Origin: a bacterium
GTDB lineage: Bacteria > Hydrothermota > 32-111
Length of the DNA stretch: 28,205 nt
Assembly: GCA_046484245.1 (NCBI GenBank)
Contig: JAWOBN010000107.1
Location: 1 to 28,205, forward strand
Direction: 5' to 3'
Position numbers and translations under genes: made by a program. Of this stretch, positions 1 to 7,418 are shown in pieces (position 1 is the stretch's first letter; every line of letters begins with the position of its first letter). The notes beneath the pieces are model-generated. The model was not told the DNA's origin. It worked only from the letters and a program-made list of their open reading frames with translations, and did no database searches.

Positions 1-240
1 GCAACTTACATAGCATTTATCAGTTTGTTATAAAATCGGTCATTATACTGGGTTTATGCGGGTTTCATGAGATAAAGCAACAAAAGCAACACCCGGTCTT
101 AGTAATAGAGAGAGAACATTTTGTAAAATATCCAATGGAGGCTGTGACTCTCTTTTTTTCCAATGTGTCAACACATATTGAGACGGATTCAAACAGATTC
201 AAGATCAAAGATTCAAGAAACCGGAATGAATAGCGGATAA

Positions 241-277
241 GGGGATTGCTGCGTCGCTTTGCTCCTCGCAAAGACAG
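241..277 (-). repeat. REP-like short palindromic element
   Basis: Minus strand reads CTGTCTTTGCGAGGAGCAAAGCGACGCAGCAATCCCC, close to a widespread bacterial intergenic repeat I recall as GTCATTGCGAGGAGCGAAGCGACGAAGCAATC. Only one copy is in the window. Confidence 0.5.
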
Positions 278-432
278 AAGACCGGCTGGAAGCCGGGTCA
301 ATAGTTTACGGTTAATAGTCAATGTGATGAGAAGCCATGAAAGAACTGAAATCAGATGAATCCACTTATTGCTCCACATGCATATTCACCAGTCAGCAGC
401 ATACCAGTCACAAGTCAATATCTCACTATGCG

Positions 433-494
433 TTCTACATGCTCTACTCGTTCTCCTCGTTCAACATCACCACGCATAACGCAAACGCATTACG
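433..494 (+). repeat. composite micro-repeat, left copy (9-mer array + ACGCATT array)
   Basis: TTCTACATG-CTCTACTCG-TTCTCCTCG-TTCAACATC (433-468), then ACGCATA-ACGCAA-ACGCATT-ACG (472-494). Same layout as 1570-1649. Confidence 0.75.
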
Positions 495-572
495 AAGGTA
501 GTAGGGGGGCAACAATTTGAACCCTGACTGATGTTACAAGTAATCCGAATGTGCAGCCATGAGAGACAGTAT

Positions 573-1196
573 TTATTCTATTGATGTCAGTTCATATACA
601 GAAATTGCTGTGTCTCCCGTAACAGTCTCACTTATCTCCAACCAATAGATCTCTCTGCCTATTGAAGGCGAGTAGTAGTAAGCGCCGTAAAAATCATCTG
701 ATGTTGATTCAACAACAATAATATCATCATACTTACCAATAGCAAATTCTTCTTCTGCATCAATTTCACTTATTTCATATGTATTATAGTAATCACTCCA
801 TTTTGTCCCAATTTCAACAGGAGCTTTGAGAAGAATCATATCTTCGTTATTGTCAAGTGAAGAGTGATCACTATTCCATGAATCGCTATACCATATATAA
901 ATACAATTGTCAATTTGATTTATCTGATGATAGCTGTATCCGTTTTTTGAATGAAAAGCAACAGAAGTGATATCAGTGCTATTATTGATATCAACAACAG
1001 TGTCTGTGAATTCATCATATGATTCCAAGTTTCCGTTCCAGTAAAAGTAATAAGCATATTTGTAGGCAGTACCCTCTCTTGGAGAACTATACCAGTCGTC
1101 AATTCTGCTGGGGTTTCTCACCAAACCTATTATGCATCCAGAAAGCAGTAGTAGATTTATCACTATAAAGATAGATACAAATTTCTTTCTTTTCAA
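573..1196 (-). CDS. hypothetical lipoprotein
   Basis: 207 aa ORF with TTG start, AGGAGG RBS (1201-1206, minus strand), basic N-terminus, hydrophobic stretch and lipobox LLSG-C. The mature part is acidic and aromatic-rich. Confidence 0.8.
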   Translation of the reverse strand: MKRKKFVSIFIVINLLLLSGCIIGLVRNPSRIDDWYSSPREGTAYKYAYYFYWNGNLESYDEFTDTVVDINNSTDITSVAFHSKNGYSYHQINQIDNCIYIWYSDSWNSDHSSLDNNEDMILLKAPVEIGTKWSDYYNTYEISEIDAEEEFAIGKYDDIIVVESTSDDFYGAYYYSPSIGREIYWLEISETVTGDTAISVYELTSIE

Positions 1197-1219
1197 AAAT
1201 CCTCCTTTTTTATAAAATG

Positions 1220-1248
1220 AATATATACAAAAAAAATCTGAGAGTCAA
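1220..1248 (-). promoter_or_regulatory. sigma70-type promoter for the lipoprotein gene
   Basis: Minus strand TTGACT-17 bp-TATATT just upstream of the RBS. Confidence 0.55.
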
Positions 1249-1375
1249 TAGATTCGTAATGTAAGCAGGACAAAATAAATTTACTGTCTGTTGACTGTTT
1301 GCAGTAATTCTTCCTCATCATCACATAATTCAATTTCCGGGCTCTATAATGGGAAAGGCAAACATCAGAATTGAT

Positions 1376-1540
1376 TAGCAGGGAGAGGTAAGACCGTACA
1401 ACGTACAAAGTACAACGGCGTGTGCCGAGCGGGAAGAACAGGATTATGAGTAGCAGGGAGAAGTACGAGACGCGGGACACGGGACACGGGAAATCGCATC
1501 CAAGCTGCTCACGTACAACGAAAAACGTACAGAGTACAAT
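1376..1540 (+). repeat. dispersed repeat element with heptamer modules (partial copy 1376-1417, full copy 1451-1520)
   Basis: Leader TAGCAGGGAGA(G/A)GTA at 1376 and 1451; CGTACAA-CGTACAA-AGTACAA (1395-1415); GAGACGC-GGGACAC-GGGACAC-GGGAAAT (1467-1494); CAAGC; ACGTACAACG. Homologous to 27523-27604 and 27714-27795. Confidence 0.75.
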
Positions 1541-1569
1541 GGTCCTTTCGTGTGACACATGTGTCATAT

Positions 1570-1649
1570 TACTACCCGTTCTATTCGCTCTACTCGGTCT
1601 ACACGTTCTTCTTATACGCACACGCATTACGCATTACGCACCACGCTTT
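1570..1649 (+). repeat. composite micro-repeat, right copy (9-mer array + ACGCATT array)
   Basis: TACTACCCG-TTCTATTCG-CTCTACTCG-GTCTACACG-TTCTTCTTA (1570-1614), then ACGCAC-ACGCATT-ACGCATT-ACGCACC-ACGCTTT (1616-1649). Confidence 0.8.
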
Positions 1650-1663
1650 TACTATGATTTAAC

Positions 1664-1693
1664 TTGACAATAATTATATTCTATGTATATAAT
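1664..1693 (+). promoter_or_regulatory. sigma70-type promoter for the 1721-15871 gene run
   Basis: TTGACA (1664-1669)-18 bp-TATAAT (1688-1693); AAGGAG RBS at about 1710-1715. Confidence 0.7.
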
Positions 1694-1720
1694 ATAATTC
1701 TATAAAACTAAGGAGTTTTT

Positions 1721-2989
1721 ATGAAGAAAGGGACTCTGTTAATTGTAATAATTGCAGGTTTTGCAGTAATCACATTAATCATGTCGGCAATCGGATTCTT
1801 CCTTATCCCCGGAGGAGGGGGCGAGGAAATCAATGAGAAGATTGTTGAGGCAAGGAAGGAAACAGCTGTCAATATTGCCAATGTCATTGCAGCAGCATCC
1901 ATTGATCCACTGTATCTTGAGGATGATTTTGTCATCAATGAGACAATAAACAAGACACTGGACAATTCCGGCGGCATAATAACATACATATATGTGCTTG
2001 ATGCTGACAGGAAGGTCTGGGGTGATACACAGGACCCGACCAATGTCCTCAAGACATTCAAGCGGCCGGAGATAGAACTGCTATCCTCTGAGAACAGGAA
2101 GATTCAGAAGATGAGTGAAGAGATATTTGACGCAGGTGTCCCGATACTGGACGCAGGGGAGAAAATAGGTGAAGTGCATATTGGTGTGAAGTATCCTCCC
2201 GGCCAGCAGGCATCCGGATCAATGCCCATTGTGCCTGTCGGCATAATGTTTGCAATAGGGCTCATAGGCACGATTATTATTGCCATGACTGTTTCAAGGA
2301 TGATGGATAATGTCGGGGCGGCGTTTGCAACCTCATTGAAATCAGCCAAGCTGGATGAACTGAGGAAACAGGAGGATGAAGCGCAGAAAGCCCTCACTAC
2401 AAAGAATCAGAAGGTCAAGGAAGCTGAGAAGAAGCTTGAGGATGTCAACAGCAAGATAAAAGAACTCGGTTCAAAGTATGATGAGGTTAAGGAGACGCTT
2501 GACAAGAGTGATGAGAAGATAGCGGAGAAGGAAAAGCAGGTGGAATATTATAATAATAAGATAGAGGAATTGGAGAAGAAAGCCAAGACGGCAAAGCAGC
2601 AGGCTGATGTACCCGAGATGTCCGATAAGCAGAAGAGGGAAATTTCCACATTGAAATCCCAGGTGAATAATTTCAAGATCCAGCTTCAGCAGACAATCAG
2701 CGAAATTGAGAAGAAGAGACAGGAAGAGAAGGAACTCAATGAGAGGATAAAGAAAGAAAAAGCCCAGCTCGCCAATATTTCATCATCAAGTTCTTCTGCT
2801 CCCGCAACCTCAGAGGATATAGAGAAGAAGAAACGCGAAGAGATAGAGATAACACAGAGAATCGTATCCAAGAGGAAAGAGGAGATAGCTCTCTCTCAGA
2901 GAATAGAATTGAAGAGGAAGAAAGAGCTTGAACTGACAGGAAGAATTGAGATGCTTGAGAAGAAATTGAAGGAGATGGGTAACGGTTAA
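1721..2989 (+). CDS. two-TM membrane protein with Cache-like extracytoplasmic domain and long cytoplasmic coiled coil
   Basis: 422 aa with RBS. TM segments at about aa 6-29 and 170-191. The intervening domain contains ITYIYVLDAD and VPILDAGEKIGEVHIGV, typical of sensor domains. The K/E-rich coiled-coil C-half has no visible output domain. Confidence 0.75.
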   Translation: MKKGTLLIVIIAGFAVITLIMSAIGFFLIPGGGGEEINEKIVEARKETAVNIANVIAAASIDPLYLEDDFVINETINKTLDNSGGIITYIYVLDADRKVWGDTQDPTNVLKTFKRPEIELLSSENRKIQKMSEEIFDAGVPILDAGEKIGEVHIGVKYPPGQQASGSMPIVPVGIMFAIGLIGTIIIAMTVSRMMDNVGAAFATSLKSAKLDELRKQEDEAQKALTTKNQKVKEAEKKLEDVNSKIKELGSKYDEVKETLDKSDEKIAEKEKQVEYYNNKIEELEKKAKTAKQQADVPEMSDKQKREISTLKSQVNNFKIQLQQTISEIEKKRQEEKELNERIKKEKAQLANISSSSSSAPATSEDIEKKKREEIEITQRIVSKRKEEIALSQRIELKRKKELELTGRIEMLEKKLKEMGNG

Positions 2990-5433
2990 TGGATTTTGAT
3001 TCAATTGACATAAAGTGGAACAGCAGGTGGAATGACATAGGCCTTGAGAAATATCAGGGCAATCACAATAAAAAATACTATATACTGGAGATGTTTGCTT
3101 ATCCTTCCGGTGATTTGCATATGGGGCATTTAAGAAATTATGTGCTGGGTGATGTGCTTTTCAGATACAAGAAGATGAAGGGGTTTGATGTAATACATCC
3201 AGTTGGCTGGGATGCCTTCGGGCTGCCTGCTGAAGAGGCGGCAATAAAAAGGGGAGTTGCTCCTGACAGCTGGACAATGGATAATATATCTGTTTCATCA
3301 TCCACATTGAAGAGAATGGGACTTCTCTATGACTGGGAGAGAGAGGTTATAACATGCAGACCGGATTATTATAAGTGGACACAGTGGATATTCCTCAAAC
3401 TCTATGAGCACGGACTGGCTTACAGGAAAGAGTCCTATGTAAACTGGTGTCCGTCATGCAATACTGTGCTTGCCAATGAACAGGTTGAACAGGGTGCGTG
3501 CTGGAGATGCAAGAGTGATGTTGTAAAGAAGAAGAAGGAACAGTGGTTTATAAAAATAACGGATTATGCCCGGCGTCTTCTAAGCGGCCTTGACCAATTG
3601 CCTGAATGGCCGGAAAATGTGAAAACAATGCAGAGAAATTGGATAGGCAGGTCAGAAGGACTGCTGGTGCGTTTCCCTGTGGAAAATTCATCAGAGTCAA
3701 TTGAGATATTCACAACAAGACCCGACACACTTTTCGGTGTCACATTTATGGCAATAGCCCCTGAAAGCGATATCCTGGAAAAACTGAATATACCGGATAA
3801 ATACAGCAAGGATGTTGAAGAGTATATTGAGCACTCACTGATGAAGACAGAGATTGAAAGAACCTCAACAATAGGCGATAAGGACGGTGTGTTCACCGGG
3901 CTCTATGCAGTCAATCCCCTCAATAATAATAAAGTGCAGATATGGGTGGCGGATTATGTGCTTTCATCATACGGGACAGGAGCAGTTATGTCAGTGCCTG
4001 CACATGACAGCAGGGACCATGCATTCGCAAAGAAATATTCAATTGATATAAATCCTGTTATCAAACCGCAGGATAAACAGTGGGATTTTGACAAGGATGC
4101 ATATACTGAAGAAGGCATACTTGTTAATTCCGGTGATTTTTCCGGATTACCCTCAGACAGTGCAATAGAAAAGATATCGCAATTTGTTGAGGAGAATCAG
4201 CTGGGGAAAAGGGATGTGAATTACAGGATAAGGGACTGGCTTGTGTCCAGACAGAGATACTGGGGAGCCCCCATACCGATGATTCACTGTGAAAAATGCG
4301 GTATAGTGGCTTTGGATGAAAGTGACCTTCCTGTTCTGCTGCCTGATTCTCAGGAGATTGATTTTATTCCCAAGGGCGAGTCACCCCTGTCTACAAGCAG
4401 TGATTTCATAAACACAACTTGTCCCCAATGCGGAGGCAGAGCCAGACGCGATGCTGATACAATGGACACATTCGTTGACTCATCATGGTATCAGCTGAGG
4501 TATGTTGATGCAAATAACAGTGAGTCCATATTTTCAAAAGACAAGGCTGACAATGAACTGCCTGTTGATATGTACATAGGCGGTATTGAGCATGCAAACG
4601 GTCATCTGATATATTTCAGGTTTATTACAAAATTCCTCAAGGACATTGGTATGCATAATGAGGAGGAGCCTGCTCTGAAACTGGTCAATCAGGGAATGAT
4701 CATGGACAGTGAGGGCAATATTATGTCCAAGTCAAAGGGCAATGCTGTACCTGTAGGCCCCTTTGTCAAGAAGCACGGCAGTGACCTTGCAAGAGGAACA
4801 ATGCTCTTTATCGGTCCCGGATACAAGGATGCTCTCTGGTCAGAGGACGGTATTAAGGGTATGCACAGATTTATTGAGAGACTGGAGAAGGCAGCTGTGG
4901 AATATGCTTCCCATTTCAGGGGCAATTGCGGGCCGTCTTCGGATACTGAAAAATCCGTTTATGTGAAACTCAATCAGACAATAAAACAGACAGGTGAGGA
5001 TATTGAGGCATTTGAGCATAATACTGCAATTGCGTCAATAATGGAACTGCTCAATCTTGTAAATCAGAAGAAAGAGCAGATGAGAAAGGAATTCACAGCA
5101 TCCGTGCTCTTTACAATGACGAGAATAGTATCCCCCTTCCTCCCGCATATAGGTGAGGAACTGCACAGCTTATATGCACCGGACACAGAGTCCGTATTCC
5201 TCACAGAGTGGCCTCAGTATGACAGTGAACATCTTGCAGAAGACACTGTGACTGTTGTTGTGCAGATAAACGGAAAGGTGAGGGCAAAGCTGGATGTGCA
5301 GCCGGATATATCAGAAAATGAGATCTATGAAAGAGCAATCAGTGAAGATAATGTGAAGAAATACACTGATAAGGGCACAGTTGTAAAGAAGATATATGTA
5401 AAGAAAAAGTTACTGTCATTAGTGGTTAAGTAA
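2989..5433 (+). CDS. leuS: leucine--tRNA ligase
   Basis: YYILEMFAYPSG-LHMGH (HIGH motif), GWDAFGLPAE, editing-domain FTTRPDT and GTGAVMSVPAHD, DWLVSRQRYWG, IMSKS (KMSKS variant), C-terminal VQINGKVR. Confidence 0.98.
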   Translation: MDFDSIDIKWNSRWNDIGLEKYQGNHNKKYYILEMFAYPSGDLHMGHLRNYVLGDVLFRYKKMKGFDVIHPVGWDAFGLPAEEAAIKRGVAPDSWTMDNISVSSSTLKRMGLLYDWEREVITCRPDYYKWTQWIFLKLYEHGLAYRKESYVNWCPSCNTVLANEQVEQGACWRCKSDVVKKKKEQWFIKITDYARRLLSGLDQLPEWPENVKTMQRNWIGRSEGLLVRFPVENSSESIEIFTTRPDTLFGVTFMAIAPESDILEKLNIPDKYSKDVEEYIEHSLMKTEIERTSTIGDKDGVFTGLYAVNPLNNNKVQIWVADYVLSSYGTGAVMSVPAHDSRDHAFAKKYSIDINPVIKPQDKQWDFDKDAYTEEGILVNSGDFSGLPSDSAIEKISQFVEENQLGKRDVNYRIRDWLVSRQRYWGAPIPMIHCEKCGIVALDESDLPVLLPDSQEIDFIPKGESPLSTSSDFINTTCPQCGGRARRDADTMDTFVDSSWYQLRYVDANNSESIFSKDKADNELPVDMYIGGIEHANGHLIYFRFITKFLKDIGMHNEEEPALKLVNQGMIMDSEGNIMSKSKGNAVPVGPFVKKHGSDLARGTMLFIGPGYKDALWSEDGIKGMHRFIERLEKAAVEYASHFRGNCGPSSDTEKSVYVKLNQTIKQTGEDIEAFEHNTAIASIMELLNLVNQKKEQMRKEFTASVLFTMTRIVSPFLPHIGEELHSLYAPDTESVFLTEWPQYDSEHLAEDTVTVVVQINGKVRAKLDVQPDISENEIYERAISEDNVKKYTDKGTVVKKIYVKKKLLSLVVK

Positions 5434-5434
5434 T

Positions 5435-6157
5435 GTGAATTACAAATCCTTGTGTGAATTTGACGGCCGCGGATTCAATGGCTGGCAGAGTCAGCCGGAA
5501 GAGAATACCATTCAGGACAATATAGAAAGTTCCATGAAGAAAATACTGTCAGAAAGAATCAGAATAAACGGTGTGGGCAGGACAGACAGTAATGTATCGG
5601 CAGAGAACTATGTATTCAATTTCAGGTCCCGGTCCGTAACAGACACAGAAGAATTCAGGAATTCCCTCAATGCAGTAACTGACAGGAGAATATACATCAA
5701 ATCCATTGAAGAGGCAGACCCAGGATTTGATGCACGGAGAATGTGTGTATGCAAGTCATACAGATATCAGATACTCAATACTGTCTCCCCATTGAGAAGG
5801 CATTTCCACTGGGAGATTGAACGACCCGTTGATTTTGAGATATTCTCCCGTGAACTCGCTGTCCTGGAGGGCTCTCATGATTTCACTTCATTCTGCAGGA
5901 GGAAATCACTGAAGGAGTCCAATACAGTGAGACTCACTGAAATTGATGTAAGCAGAATTGAAGATGAGATAACAGTAAGATTTACAGGGGACAGATTCCT
6001 GCATAATATGATAAGATTCATTATAGGCACTGCTGTGGATATATCTCTGGGGGCTGCAACTGCCGGTATGAAGGATATACTGGAGAGCAGGAATGTAGAG
6101 AATGCAGGCAGAAAAGCTCCCGGAAACGGGCTTATTTTTGAATATGCGAATTATTAA
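5435..6157 (+). CDS. truA: tRNA pseudouridine(38-40) synthase
   Basis: GTG start; FDGRGFNGWQSQ, GRTD catalytic Asp, GFDAR, GSHDFTSF, FLHNMIR, APGNGL. Confidence 0.95.
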   Translation: MNYKSLCEFDGRGFNGWQSQPEENTIQDNIESSMKKILSERIRINGVGRTDSNVSAENYVFNFRSRSVTDTEEFRNSLNAVTDRRIYIKSIEEADPGFDARRMCVCKSYRYQILNTVSPLRRHFHWEIERPVDFEIFSRELAVLEGSHDFTSFCRRKSLKESNTVRLTEIDVSRIEDEITVRFTGDRFLHNMIRFIIGTAVDISLGAATAGMKDILESRNVENAGRKAPGNGLIFEYANY

Positions 6158-6172
6158 ATTCAAGGAGGACTG

Positions 6173-6832
6173 ATGAAGTTTTTTATTGATACAGCAAATA
6201 CAGAAGAGATAAAAGAAGCACAGGACATGAAACTGCTGGATGGTGTAACTACAAACCCCACATTGATGGCAAAGGAGATAAAGAGAACATCAAGAAAAGC
6301 AGATGATATACTGAAGGAAATATGCTCAATTACGGAAGGGCCTGTTTCAGCAGAGGCAATAAGTGAGAATCATGAGGGCATGATAGAGGAAGCGGAGCAA
6401 CTCTCCTCTATTGCTGACAATATCTGTGTGAAGATACCCATGACAGAAGAGGGGATGAAAGCAGTATCAACACTCTCCGGCAAGGGTATCCGGACCAATG
6501 TAACTCTGGTTTTTACACCGGTTCAGGCAGTGATAGCTGCAAAAGCAGGTGCAAGTTTTGTATCGCCCTTTATCGGAAGACTGGATGACATAGTGAGCGA
6601 GGGCATGGATATTGTTGAGGATATCACTGATATTTTCTTCAATTATGATTTTGACACTGAGATTATTGTAGCATCAATAAGACATCCCATGCATGTGCTT
6701 GAAGCAATGAGAACAGGTGCAGATATTGCCACAATACCCTTTGGGGTGATAAAGAAATTGATGAAACATCCCCTCACTGATGCAGGGATAAGGAGATTCC
6801 TTGATGACTATGAAAAATCAAAGAATATTTAA
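6173..6832 (+). CDS. tal: transaldolase (small FSA/TalC-type)
   Basis: [19 protein letters not shown] Schiff-base Lys, ASIR. Glu in VSAE and Phe in SPFIGR are the transaldolase rather than aldolase signature. AGGAGG RBS. Confidence 0.92.
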   Translation: MKFFIDTANTEEIKEAQDMKLLDGVTTNPTLMAKEIKRTSRKADDILKEICSITEGPVSAEAISENHEGMIEEAEQLSSIADNICVKIPMTEEGMKAVSTLSGKGIRTNVTLVFTPVQAVIAAKAGASFVSPFIGRLDDIVSEGMDIVEDITDIFFNYDFDTEIIVASIRHPMHVLEAMRTGADIATIPFGVIKKLMKHPLTDAGIRRFLDDYEKSKNI

Positions 6833-7418
6833 TGCAATAGTAATTGTTGTTCTTACAGTGCTGGCAGCAGGCTGTCAGCCTGCAGGAATAAGCAATGATG
6901 ACAGCAATACTCATGACAGTACTGGGGTTGATGTGAGTGCACTGGCTGTGAATAACAGGGATTATTACCCTATTGTGTATGATTTATTTGAAGATGCCGA
7001 GCACTCAATCTATATGATTATGTACAGTATGAAATACTATGATTACAATCCTGAGAATGAAGAGATGAAACTGCTCGCCAAACTGGCGTCAAGGGCATTG
7101 AATGGCATAGATGTGAAGATCATCCTTGAACAGAGTGACTGGAATCCTGATCTCAATGAGGATAATTATGAAAGCGGTCAGTATCTTGCCGATAATGCGG
7201 CAGAAGTGAGATATGACCCCATGACAGTGACATCGCATTGCAAGATGATAATCATTGACACGGCGAGGGTGCTTGTCGGTTCAACGAACTGGTCCATATC
7301 AGCCATTAATTACAATAATGAGGCAAATGTGCTCCTCACAGGGGAAGCGATTGCAGAGGATTTTACGGACTATTTCAATACCCTGTGGGAGGATTCTTAT
7401 GAAAAGGAGTTCAGATGA
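6804..7418 (+). CDS. phospholipase D-like (single HKD) lipoprotein
   Basis: Lipobox [13 protein letters not shown] followed by GSTNWS and NNEAN, giving one HxKxxxxD motif. The start could be 6801, 6804 or 6810; AGGAG at 6791-6795 favours 6804. Confidence 0.85.
   Translation: MTMKNQRIFNAIVIVVLTVLAAGCQPAGISNDDSNTHDSTGVDVSALAVNNRDYYPIVYDLFEDAEHSIYMIMYSMKYYDYNPENEEMKLLAKLASRALNGIDVKIILEQSDWNPDLNEDNYESGQYLADNAAEVRYDPMTVTSHCKMIIIDTARVLVGSTNWSISAINYNNEANVLLTGEAIAEDFTDYFNTLWEDSYEKEFR

Noticed and set aside
65..379. 104 aa minus-strand ORF
   Set aside because: It runs through micro-repeat arrays and the REP-like element (LSLRGAKRRSNP is the translated repeat). No RBS or protein-like features.
501..529. 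GTAG-type REP candidate GTAGGGGGGCAACAATTTGAACCCTGAC
   Set aside because: The stem is too degenerate and there is only one copy; cannot be supported.
1193..1667. ORFs 1193-1627 (-) and 1422-1667 (+)
   Set aside because: They are translations of the repeat modules (PCPVSRVS, RRCTLYVVR) and overlap predicted promoters; likely spurious.
4720..4734. LeuS IMSKS instead of KMSKS
   Set aside because: The first position of this motif varies among class I synthetases and the critical second Lys is retained.
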